From contig CACWNY010000027.1 in NCBI GenBank assembly GCA_902762375.1, forward strand, positions 11,400 to 75,399: 64,000 bases of DNA, read 5' to 3'. Shown in pieces: positions 8,776 through 18,523 of the stretch. Made by a program: the position numbers and the translations under genes. The stretch's first letter is position 1; every line of letters starts with the position of its first letter. The notes beneath the pieces were generated by a model. That model was not told the DNA's origin. It worked only from the letters and a program-made list of their open reading frames with translations, and ran no database searches. The DNA comes from an uncultured Ruminococcus sp. GTDB taxonomy: Bacteria; Bacillota; Clostridia; Oscillospirales; Acutalibacteraceae.

Positions 8776-9735
8776 ATGAAAAAAACTTTATCGTTTGTTA
8801 TTCCCTGTTATCGCTCTGAAAATACTATCACACAAGTCGTCAACGATATTCAAACAACCGTTAGCCAACGCTCAAATGACTATGATTATGAAATTATTCT
8901 GGTATGTGACCATTCTCCTGATAATGTATTTTCTGTTATTACTCATCTTGCTCAGGAAAATGAAAATATCATAGGGATTGATTTATCCAGAAATTTCGGT
9001 CAGCATTCTGCTTTGATGGCGGGATTTCATCATGTGACAGGAGATATCATTGTATGTATGGACGACGATGGACAAACTCCCGCAGACCAGATGTTTAAAC
9101 TTATTGATACTTTGGATAACCGATGTGATATAGTTTTTGCACAGTACGATAATAAAAAACACTCTTCTTTCCGTAATTTCGGAAGTGCTGTCAATGATTT
9201 AATGGCAAGAATTTTAATTGATAAACCGAAAGACCTTAAAATTATGAGTTATTTTGCCTGTAAACGATATATTATTGACGAAATCAAACAATATAATAAC
9301 CCTTATCCTTATATCAGTGGTCTTTTGCTGAGAACAAGTAAAAATATTAAAAATGTAACCATTCACCATCAGGAAAGAATGTCGGGAACATCAGGTTATA
9401 CATTGAAAAAATTACTTGCTCTTTGGGTAAACGGTTTTACTTCATTTTCAGTTAAACCACTTCGTATTTCTACATTCATTGGCTTGCTAGTTGCTTCAAT
9501 CGGTGTTATATATGGCATCTATACTGTCATTAAACGATTACTTAATGCTAATGTTCCTATAGGATATAGTTCTCAAATGTCTGCTATTTTATTTATTGGT
9601 GGCATGATTATGATTATGCTGGGAATTATTGGAGAATATGTCGGCAGAATTTACATTAGTCTTAATAATTCCCCTCAATTTATTATCCGAGAAATTGTCA
9701 GTCAAAAAACTTTGAATGATAATGATAAAAATTAA
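8776..9735 (+). CDS. family 2 glycosyltransferase, polyprenyl-phosphate sugar transferase type (GtrB/CsbB-like)
   Basis: LSFVIPCYRSEN, the DDDGQ (DxD) motif and two C-terminal TM helices. Confidence 0.85.
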   Translation: MKKTLSFVIPCYRSENTITQVVNDIQTTVSQRSNDYDYEIILVCDHSPDNVFSVITHLAQENENIIGIDLSRNFGQHSALMAGFHHVTGDIIVCMDDDGQTPADQMFKLIDTLDNRCDIVFAQYDNKKHSSFRNFGSAVNDLMARILIDKPKDLKIMSYFACKRYIIDEIKQYNNPYPYISGLLLRTSKNIKNVTIHHQERMSGTSGYTLKKLLALWVNGFTSFSVKPLRISTFIGLLVASIGVIYGIYTVIKRLLNANVPIGYSSQMSAILFIGGMIMIMLGIIGEYVGRIYISLNNSPQFIIREIVSQKTLNDNDKN

Positions 9736-9785
9736 ACGGTATTTCTATAGGACTTTATGACCTTTGGTTTTAACTTGGAATTTTT

Positions 9786-10159
9786 GGGATTTTTAAGGGT
9801 GTTGCCCTTAAAAATCCCATGAGGCATATTATCCCTCAATCCCACGAACTTTTCATAGCTCACTTCGTCCGGAAGTCTTTATCTAAGTTTTAGCTATGAC
9901 AATTAAAAGTTTTTTGTCCACTTTTTTTCAAAAAAGTGGGCAGGGTTAAGGGGCGGCAGCCCCTTAGCAGGATTTTTAAGGGCGGCAGCCCTTAAACACA
10001 TCAAAATTCAAACAAAATTTGCGTAAGCAAATTTTGACAGTAACTATCTCTCTTTCAACCGCACAATTGGAAAGTTTTTTGTCCACTTTTGAGGGAAAAG
10101 TGGGCAGGGTCAAGGGGCGACAGCCTCTTGTAGGATTTTAAAGGGCAAAGCCCTTTAAA
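9786..10159. repeat. MPE locus 5, degenerate reverse arm + full forward element + tandem partial forward element
   Basis: Reverse arm has D TTAAGGGTGTTGCCCTTAA with decayed C and B, then linker CTCACTTCGTCCGGAAG..TATCTAAG. The full A-B-C-D-E-T copy ends at TTTCAACCGCACAA (10066). A second A-B-C-D copy runs to 10159. Confidence 0.88.
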
Positions 10160-10273
10160 AAGAACAAAAAACAGAAAATTACTTGTAATGATTTGTATGG
10201 TATGTTAAAATAAACAGCGATGGTCATAAAATGATTGTCAGAAAAGAATACAAACAGACAAAGGTGAATTTTT

Positions 10274-11929
10274 ATGAAAAGCTGGATAAACCAATCTATG
10301 ATTTATCACATTTACCCGTTAGGATTTTGTGGTTGCCCAGAATACAATGATGGTGTGCAAAGTTACCGTCTGGATAAGGTGATTGACTGGATACCGCATT
10401 TAAAAGAACTGAATATCAATGCTGTATATTTCGGACCTGTTTTTGAATCCACAAAACACGGCTACGATACCAAAGATTATTACAAAATAGATGTCAGATT
10501 AGGGGATAACCAATCGTTTAAAAAGATATGCGATGTTTTACACGCTAACGGAATTAAAGTCATTCTGGACGGTGTGTTTAATCATGTCGGAAGGGATTTC
10601 TGGGCGTTCAAAGATGTTCAGCAAAATAAACAGGGGTCAATATATTGTGGGTGGTTTCACAATCTGAATTTTGGCGGTCACAGTCCGATGGGTGACCCGT
10701 TCTGGTATGAGGGCTGGGGCGGTTATTATGACCTTGTGAAACTGAATTTACAAAATCCCTATGTTGTCGAACATTTGTTAGGTGCAGTGGGATTGTGGAT
10801 AGATGAATTTGGCATTGATGGATTAAGACTTGACGCTGCAGATTGTGTAGATATGAACTTTTTCAGACAGTTAAAGGATTTTTGCCATAAGAAAAGACCT
10901 GATTTCTGGTTGATGGGAGAGATTATACACGGCGATTATACACGATGGGCAAATGGTGATATGTTGGATTCAGTAACTAACTATGAATGTTACAAGGGAA
11001 TTTACTCCTCTCACAACGACCATAATTATTTTGAGATTGCTCATTCTTTGCAAAGGCAGTTTTCACAAGGCGGAATTTATTCCAATTTATGTCTGTACAG
11101 TTTTCTGGATAACCATGATGTGGACAGAATAGCCAGTCATCTGAAAGACAAAAATCATCTGAAAAATGCGTATACTATCATGTACGGTATGCCAGGAGTA
11201 CCGTCAATTTATTACGGCAGTGAGTGGGGCATTGAAGCAAGACGAACAAAAAATGATGACAAACCGTTGCGTCCTGAACTGAACTTAGGAAAAATTCCCA
11301 ATGCCAATGAGAAACTTAATCAGTATATAGGTAAGCTGGGAAAAATCAGAAAATCACTTGAAGCATTACAGTTCGGTGATTTTAAAAACGAATGTATCAG
11401 AAACGAACAGCTTGTATTTTCAAGGTCATACAATAGTCAGACTGTTTATGTTGCATTGAACCTTAGTGCCAATAACAGTGAAGTGGGATTTCAGGCGAAG
11501 GGCGGTTTCAGTAAATTGACAGATGTCCTTACAGGAAAAATTTTTGATAACACTGGATATGTGCATATTCCTATGGAGGGTTACAGTGCCAGAATACTTG
11601 TCATGAACAATGGAGAATTTTTCATTGATTTTGATGAAAAAGACGAAATTGTTACTGTTGATAAAAAAGAAACGCCTACTGTTGATGAAAAAGAAAAAGT
11701 CGTTGAAGAAAGTGTCAGACCGCTGACAGAAGTGAAAAAAGGAATGTACCGTCATTATACGGGAAAAGAATGTGAAGTACTTTGTGTATGTCAACATTCT
11801 GAAAGTAATGAAAAGCTGGTAATATATCTGGATAAGGAAAGCGGTAAGTATTGTGCATATCCTTACGAAAAATTTGTTGCTTTGACAGAAAAAAACGGTA
11901 AAACAGTAAGAATATTCGATAAAGAATAA
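10274..11929 (+). CDS. GH13 alpha-amylase-family glycosidase with C-terminal DUF1653-like domain
   Basis: GH13 regions DGVFNHVG, GLRLDAADCV, MGEIIHGD and FLDNHDVDR. The tail MYRHYTGKECEVLCVCQHSESNEKLVIYLD...YAYPYEKF resembles DUF1653. Confidence 0.8.
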   Translation: MKSWINQSMIYHIYPLGFCGCPEYNDGVQSYRLDKVIDWIPHLKELNINAVYFGPVFESTKHGYDTKDYYKIDVRLGDNQSFKKICDVLHANGIKVILDGVFNHVGRDFWAFKDVQQNKQGSIYCGWFHNLNFGGHSPMGDPFWYEGWGGYYDLVKLNLQNPYVVEHLLGAVGLWIDEFGIDGLRLDAADCVDMNFFRQLKDFCHKKRPDFWLMGEIIHGDYTRWANGDMLDSVTNYECYKGIYSSHNDHNYFEIAHSLQRQFSQGGIYSNLCLYSFLDNHDVDRIASHLKDKNHLKNAYTIMYGMPGVPSIYYGSEWGIEARRTKNDDKPLRPELNLGKIPNANEKLNQYIGKLGKIRKSLEALQFGDFKNECIRNEQLVFSRSYNSQTVYVALNLSANNSEVGFQAKGGFSKLTDVLTGKIFDNTGYVHIPMEGYSARILVMNNGEFFIDFDEKDEIVTVDKKETPTVDEKEKVVEESVRPLTEVKKGMYRHYTGKECEVLCVCQHSESNEKLVIYLDKESGKYCAYPYEKFVALTEKNGKTVRIFDKE

Positions 11930-11962
11930 ATAACAAGAAAAGAGAAATAATAATATTATTCT

Positions 11963-12403
11963 ATGATGAAACAAGTGGAAATATTTACAGACGGTTCATG
12001 TCTGGGTAATCCTGGAGCAGGAGGCTGGGGAGCAATACTGCGATACAAAAACACAGAGAAAGAAATTTCAGGCGGAGAAAAAGCCACTACCAACAATCGT
12101 ATGGAACTGACAGCCGTTATTGAGGCATTATCTTGTCTGAAAGAACGGTGTGAAGTCACTTTGTACAGTGATTCTCAATATGTCTGTAACGGACTGACAA
12201 AAGGCTGGGCGAAAAAGTGGAAACTCAATGGTTGGAAAAAAGCCGATAGAACACCTGCCTTAAATTCAGATTTGTGGGAAAAGTTGCTGGATTTGTATGA
12301 CTATCACAAAGTGAATATTATCTGGGTGAAAGGTCATGCAGGACACCCTGAAAATGAACGGTGTGACAGTCTGGCAGTAGCACAATCCAAAAAATACACA
12401 TAG
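11963..12403 (+). CDS. rnhA: ribonuclease HI
   Basis: [24 protein letters not shown]...TNNRMELTA...[14 protein letters not shown] is a canonical RNase H1 sequence. Confidence 0.92.
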   Translation: MMKQVEIFTDGSCLGNPGAGGWGAILRYKNTEKEISGGEKATTNNRMELTAVIEALSCLKERCEVTLYSDSQYVCNGLTKGWAKKWKLNGWKKADRTPALNSDLWEKLLDLYDYHKVNIIWVKGHAGHPENERCDSLAVAQSKKYT

Positions 12404-12423
12404 TTTTCAAAAAATTTATCTAT

Positions 12424-12615
12424 CTGTGCGGTTGAAAATTAAATCGTTATTGTCAAAATTTGCTAACGCAAATTTTGGTTTGATTTTCAGGAGTTTAAGG
12501 GCTTCGCCCTTAAAAATCCCATCAGGGGCTTTGCCCCTGAACCCCACGAACTTTTTGAAAAAAGTTCGACAAAAACTTTTAATTGTCATAATAATCTCAA
12601 CTGTTCAGGTAGAAA
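12424..12615 (-). repeat. MPE locus 6, full monomer with both termini
   Basis: Left CTGTGCGGTTGAAA, then E, D, C (TCAGGGGC..GCCCCTGA), B (CGAAC..GTTCG), A, then right TCAACTGTTCAGGTAGAAA. Lies between the rnhA stop and the ldh RBS. Confidence 0.9.
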
Positions 12616-12642
12616 TCTATTATCTAAGGAGGAAATCAGATT

Positions 12643-13596
12643 ATGCTTATCAACATTCCTGACAACAGAAAAGTAGCAGTTATTGGTTGTGGATTTGTCG
12701 GTTCAGCATCAGCATTTGCGATTATGCAGAGCGGTCTTTTTTCGGAAATGGTGCTGATTGATTCAGACCGAAACAAGGCAGAAGGTGAAGCGTTGGATAT
12801 CAGTCACGGTTTACCATTTGCAAAACCGATGAAGATTTATGCAGGAGATTATGACGATATTGCCGATGCGTCTTTAATCGTTATTACGGCAGGTGCAGGA
12901 CAGAAACCAGGTGAAACCAGATTGGATTTGGTCAAGAAAAATGTCGGAATTTTCAAGTCCATCATTCCCGAAATTGCCAGAAGAAACAGGGACGCTATTT
13001 TACTGATTGTTGCCAATCCTGTGGATATTCTCACTTATACGGCAGCCAGAATCAGTGGTTATCCTGAAAGAAAAGTGTTCGGGTCAGGTACAGTGCTTGA
13101 CAGTGCCAGACTGAAATATCTGCTTGGTGAACATCTGAAAGTTGATAGCCGAAATGTTCACGCTTTTATCATAGGTGAACATGGTGACAGTGAGATTGTT
13201 GCATGGAGCAGTGCAGATGTGTCAGGTATTCCTATCAGCGACTTTTGCGAGATGAGAGGACATTTTCATCATGATGATTCTATGAAACAAATTGCAGAAG
13301 ATGTCAAAAACAGTGCGTATGAAATTATCGAAAAGAAAAAAGCGACTTATTATGGTATTGCAATGTCGGTTAAGCGTATCTGTGAGGCGATTGTAAGAGA
13401 TGAAAAATCTATTCTGCCTGTTTCGAGTATGCAGCACGGTCTGTACGGAATAGAAGATGTTGCGTTGAGTATTCCGGCGATTGTCGGTAAAGACGGTGTG
13501 GAGAAAGTTGTTCCGATTAAACTTAATGACGAGGAAGAAACGGCTTTGAGAAATTCTGCAGAAACTCTTAAAACAATTCTTGATGATTTGTTCTGA
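12643..13596 (+). CDS. ldh: L-lactate dehydrogenase
   Basis: VAVIGCGFVGSASAF, ITAGAGQKPGETRLDL, GEHGDSE. RBS AAGGAGG lies upstream. Confidence 0.92.
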   Translation: MLINIPDNRKVAVIGCGFVGSASAFAIMQSGLFSEMVLIDSDRNKAEGEALDISHGLPFAKPMKIYAGDYDDIADASLIVITAGAGQKPGETRLDLVKKNVGIFKSIIPEIARRNRDAILLIVANPVDILTYTAARISGYPERKVFGSGTVLDSARLKYLLGEHLKVDSRNVHAFIIGEHGDSEIVAWSSADVSGIPISDFCEMRGHFHHDDSMKQIAEDVKNSAYEIIEKKKATYYGIAMSVKRICEAIVRDEKSILPVSSMQHGLYGIEDVALSIPAIVGKDGVEKVVPIKLNDEEETALRNSAETLKTILDDLF

Positions 13597-13624
13597 AAAA
13601 ACGGGTTTTAGATATTTTCAACGA

Positions 13625-13662
13625 AAAAGACTTTGAGCTTTAACAACTCAAAGTCTTTTTTA
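13625..13662 (+). terminator. intrinsic terminator after ldh
   Basis: GACTTTGAG-loop-CTCAAAGTC followed by TTTTTT. Confidence 0.8.
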
Positions 13663-13833
13663 TGATATTATGGTTGAGAAAAAATAGTATCAAAAGCAAA
13701 AGATTAAAGACGGTGTTATTTTTTCAATGAAATTTAAAGAAGAAAAAATGTCGTAAAAGTGAGGCAACAGAGGAGGAAAACAGTGATATATGCAATTTTA
13801 TAAAAAAAAATTGCAAAAATTTCAAAAAAGGTA

Positions 13834-13862
13834 TTGCACACAAAGAAAAGATGTGCTATAAT
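13834..13862 (+). promoter_or_regulatory. promoter for gdhA
   Basis: TTGCAC, 17 nt, TATAAT. Confidence 0.5.
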
Positions 13863-13898
13863 TCCCATGTTGACAGCAAAAGAATAGAAATGAAATGA

Positions 13899-15296
<1,398 letters not shown>

Positions 15297-15330
15297 TTGA
15301 CAAGACACTCCTAAAAATAGATAAAATTAA

Positions 15331-15366
15331 AAAAGCTGTTTCCTTTTTTGGAAACGGCTTTTTTGT
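15331..15366 (+). terminator. intrinsic terminator after gdhA
   Basis: GCTGTTTCC-TTTTTT-GGAAACGGC followed by TTTTTT. Confidence 0.8.
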
Positions 15367-15450
15367 CTTGCATAAAAGAATTTTTCATGGTAAAATAAAT
15401 ACAATCCATAAAATTTCTGTATAAAATAAATAGAAAGAAGTGGTGATGAA

Positions 15451-15693
15451 TTGAAAAAGCGTTTTCGGAAATTGCTGGCTACTTTAGGGATAGGAACTTG
15501 TGTGGCAACCAATATTAACGGTTGTGTGTACGGACCTCCTCCCATAACGGACGACGGACCGCCAAAGACAGTACAGCCATCTGAAAAGACCAATAATGAT
15601 GACAAAAATATTTTTTCCCCTGAAGATAATATTCCCGAAGATGTATACGGACCTCCGTCCTATTGGGGAAATCCTGATGAAGAAGAACAATAA
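15451..15693 (+). CDS. small lipoprotein-like protein with terminal VYGPP motifs (candidate radical-SAM substrate)
   Basis: TTG start. Signal-like MKKRFRKLLATLGIGTC, then NINGCVYGPPP, and a C-terminal DVYGPPSYWGNPDEEEQ. Paralog of 16379..16873. Confidence 0.55.
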   Translation: MKKRFRKLLATLGIGTCVATNINGCVYGPPPITDDGPPKTVQPSEKTNNDDKNIFSPEDNIPEDVYGPPSYWGNPDEEEQ

Positions 15694-15719
15694 TATTTGA
15701 AAATTACAGAATATAAAAA

Positions 15720-15941
15720 TTTCCACCTGAGCAGTTGGCATTATTCTAAAGTGCATAATTATAGAAAAGCAACCTGTAGCTATGACAATTAAAAGTTTTG
15801 TCCACTTTTTCAAAAGTGGTGGGGTCAAGGGGCAAAGCCCCTTTTGGGATTTTTAAGGGCAAAGCCCTTAAACTCCCAAAAATCAAATCAAAATTTGCAT
15901 ATGCAAATTTTGACAATAATTACTTGCGTTTCAACCACTCA
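15720..15941 (+). repeat. MPE locus 7, full monomer
   Basis: Left TTTCCACCTGAGCAGTTGG, a 40-nt spacer, A-B-C-D-E, then right TTTCAACCACTCA. Lies between the 80-aa VYGPP gene and the 130-aa ORF. Confidence 0.9.
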
Positions 15942-15968
15942 TTTTAAAAATTTCAGGAGGAATTTGCT

Positions 15969-16361
15969 ATGCCACAACAAAGGCAATATTTTCGTGTAAT
16001 CGGAAAATACGACAAAATAATTTCTTTAGACGAAATATGGAAAATGCCTGCAACGATACATTTTCTTGACAGAGAAGACCGTCTTAAAACTGCCAAATCA
16101 TGCTTGGTAAAGAATGATGCTATTATGACGACAGTAGTTGTGGACAGACAGCACGAAGACGGTTATGAATTACACAGCATTACCAAAAGTGGTATTGTAT
16201 TTATTATGAATAAAGAAAAATATGAAAACGGAGAACCAAGTTTAATCACAATCTTAATTGCACGACCTACACAGCTTGAGAGATATAAACCTATTTATAT
16301 AGCTTCCGTATATACACGGCTTTTAGCAGATGACCATGAAGTTAGCGGACTGAATTTATAG
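15969..16361 (+). CDS. hypothetical protein
   Basis: 130-aa ORF with a strong RBS (CAGGAGG, 8 nt upstream). Its stop overlaps the alternative GTG start of the next ORF. No family recognised. Confidence 0.5.
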   Translation: MPQQRQYFRVIGKYDKIISLDEIWKMPATIHFLDREDRLKTAKSCLVKNDAIMTTVVVDRQHEDGYELHSITKSGIVFIMNKEKYENGEPSLITILIARPTQLERYKPIYIASVYTRLLADDHEVSGLNL

Positions 16362-16378
16362 TGAAAAGAGGTTATATT

Positions 16379-16873
16379 ATGAAAAAGAAAAGAAGATTTC
16401 AAATGGCAGTGGCAAGCATAGCATTAGCGACTTTTGGTATGAGTGGTTGTGAAGTAAACACGAATATGACAGTATATGGTCCCCCACCATCTGAAGTTAC
16501 TACACAGAGTGAAACAGCAAAAGCAACAGAACAACAGACACAAAATACAACTATCGCTACAGATAATGCGACAAGTCCGACAAATGCAACAAACACTACA
16601 ACTACCAATCCGCCTACCGAAATGGTTACCGAAGAACAATCGGAAGTGGAAACTATGACAGAAACTGTTACCGAAACCGTCACCAAATTTGTACCTGTAG
16701 AAGAAGAAACAGAAGAAAGCACACAAGAAGAACCCCCAACACAAACTATTACAGAAGAAGTTGCCACAGAACCGCCTACATATGAAGAAAATTCTACAGA
16801 AGATATGCTACCATTTGACCCTACTGAAAATATGCCCGTAGCTGTATATGGTCCACCATCATGGTTTGAATGA
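16379..16873 (+). CDS. Thr/Glu-rich lipoprotein with terminal VYGPP motifs (candidate radical-SAM substrate)
   Basis: ATG at 16379 after AAGAGG. MKKKRRFQMAVASIALATFGMSGC lipobox, then TVYGPPP, a T/E-rich spacer and a C-terminal AVYGPPSWFE. Ends 8 nt before the radical SAM gene. Confidence 0.6.
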   Translation: MKKKRRFQMAVASIALATFGMSGCEVNTNMTVYGPPPSEVTTQSETAKATEQQTQNTTIATDNATSPTNATNTTTTNPPTEMVTEEQSEVETMTETVTETVTKFVPVEEETEESTQEEPPTQTITEEVATEPPTYEENSTEDMLPFDPTENMPVAVYGPPSWFE

Positions 16874-16881
16874 GGTGAATT

Positions 16882-17949
16882 ATGTCTGAACAAATCAAAC
16901 TCAACCATCTGGAACAGTTACGGCAGTACAGACAGAAACTTCGCCGTGAACCTGTATTAAAATACTTATTTCTGGAACTGACATTGCGTTGCAATGAACA
17001 TTGTCGGCATTGTGGAAGCCGTTGTGGAGATGTCTGCACACAGGAAATGACCAGAAAGCAATATTTTACTTTTCTGGATAAAATCAAAGCAGATTTTCCA
17101 CAGTTACCCATGCTTTGTATTACAGGTGGAGAACCGCTGTTGCGTGAGGACTTTTTCGACATCATGGATTATGCCAACCGTCTGGGATTTGTATGGGGAA
17201 TGACAAGTAACGGTACACTGATTACTCCGCAGGTTGCCAAAAAACTGGAAGAAGTCGGTATGAAAACGATTTCAGTCAGTATTGACGGTTTAGAACAAAC
17301 ACATGACGATTTTCGCCAAAGTAAAGGCGGTTTTCGAAAAAGTGTTGAGGGAGTAAAAAATCTGTTGAAACACGATTTTAAATCTGTACAAGTAACTACA
17401 GTTGTTACCAAGAAAAATATTGGTGAACTGGAAGAATTGTTTTCTCTGATGTGTGACTTAGATGTAGATTCATGGCGTGTCATCAACATTGAACCTATCG
17501 GCAGAGCTTTGACTTTGGACGGTTATACGCTGGATAGGGTAGATTACCGTTATCTGTTCGGGTTTATCCGACAGAAACGCCGTGAAGGTTATCCTGTGAT
17601 GTACGGTTGTCAGCACTATCTTGGCATAGAATACGAAAGGGAAGTCCGTGACTGGTATTTTCTTTGCAATGCAGGAATTTATGTAGCGAGTGTTATGGCG
17701 AATGGAGATATCGGAGCGTGTCTGGATATCGAAAGACGCAGGGAAACCATACAAGGAAATATTTTCAAAGACGATTTCACAGAAGTATGGTACAATCGTT
17801 TTCAAATTTTTCGCAAACCGCTTGCCGACAGAAATCAGCAGTGTGCAGATTGTTCATCAAGAAATTTCTGTGAGGGTGGTGCTTATCATAGTTGGGATTA
17901 TGACAATAACAAACCTCTTGTTTGTTTCAAAGATATTTTATTTAAGTAG
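16882..17949 (+). CDS. radical SAM enzyme with C-terminal SPASM/twitch-like Cys cluster
   Basis: CNEHCRHC (CxxxCxxC), GGEPLL, and C-terminal CNAG...GDIGAC...CADCSSRNFCEGG. Confidence 0.85.
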   Translation: MSEQIKLNHLEQLRQYRQKLRREPVLKYLFLELTLRCNEHCRHCGSRCGDVCTQEMTRKQYFTFLDKIKADFPQLPMLCITGGEPLLREDFFDIMDYANRLGFVWGMTSNGTLITPQVAKKLEEVGMKTISVSIDGLEQTHDDFRQSKGGFRKSVEGVKNLLKHDFKSVQVTTVVTKKNIGELEELFSLMCDLDVDSWRVINIEPIGRALTLDGYTLDRVDYRYLFGFIRQKRREGYPVMYGCQHYLGIEYEREVRDWYFLCNAGIYVASVMANGDIGACLDIERRRETIQGNIFKDDFTEVWYNRFQIFRKPLADRNQQCADCSSRNFCEGGAYHSWDYDNNKPLVCFKDILFK

Positions 17950-17970
17950 AAAGTTTCCCCTCTAAAATAA

Positions 17971-18180
17971 TCCCACCTGAAACGGTGACAACCAAAAGTT
18001 TTCCAACTGTGCAGTTGAAAGTCAAATAGTTACTGTCAAAATTTGCTCACGCAAATTTTGTTTGAAATTTTGAGAAGTTTAAGGGCTTCGCCCTTAAAAA
18101 TCCCACAAGGGGCTTTGCCCCTTGACCCCACCACTTTTGAAAAAGTGGACAAAACTTTTAATTGTCATAGCTATCATAGC
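17971..18180 (-). repeat. MPE locus 8, monomer with duplicated terminus
   Basis: TCCCACCTGAAACGGTGA plus CCAACTGTGCAGTTGAAA termini, then E-D-C-B-A. The end is duplicated: GTCATAGCTATCATAGC. Confidence 0.88.
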
Positions 18181-18523
18181 TATACATGATAAAATTCACA
18201 TTTATAGGGAGATTTCCGAATATCTGAAAAAAGTGCAAATTTTAACTGTAAACATATTGAAAAAAAATAGTGATTATGATAAAATAGTGAATAAGCATAG
18301 TTGTATTTTCAGTATATAAATTGTTTGTTTATACAGTCAGATATTGTCGGTTTCAGCAATCATTTGCGATATCTGTAATTTTCATGACAAGCACTCACTT
18401 TCACTTCCCGATAGCAGAAATAACCGTAATCACCCTGAAATTGCGGGAATTTTTTGTATAGCGGAAAAACAGTATTTTCTAAAATATGACTGTGTAACAA
18501 TATTCTTTTAAGGAGGTTTTTAA

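Noticed and set aside
12415-12625. An apparent 5-bp target-site duplication TCTAT flanking locus 6.
   Set aside because: When aligned to the longer terminus TTTCTACCTGAGCGGTTGAA, the left TCTAT is part of the terminal repeat itself. No comparable duplication was seen at loci 2, 7 or 20.
12426-12662. Many 60-175-aa ORFs in the track share peptide strings such as GALPLNPTNFLKKVRQKLLIVIA, FSKSLWG, KGEALKL and SKFASANF. The ORFs are 1353..1535, 12426..12662, 15484..15828, 18122..18319, 24479..24742, 24550..24732, 28369..28644, 31221..31457, 45115..45297, 46650..46850, 49361..49564, 49405..49593, 52956..53156, 57855..58229, 59320..59847 and 59690..60040.
   Set aside because: They are translations of the MPE repeat in various frames and on both strands. 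They have no RBS and no consistent frame or orientation, and they end at the repeat edge. They are an annotation hazard, not a protein family.
16399-16908. Antisense and alternative-frame ORFs across the Thr/Glu-rich lipoprotein gene (16399..16908, 16424..16744, 16476..16658) and across the acidic lipoprotein gene (54940..55374, 55038..55301).
   Set aside because: They are low-complexity shadow ORFs created by repetitive codons. The sense frames have signal peptides, lipoboxes and ribosome-binding sites.
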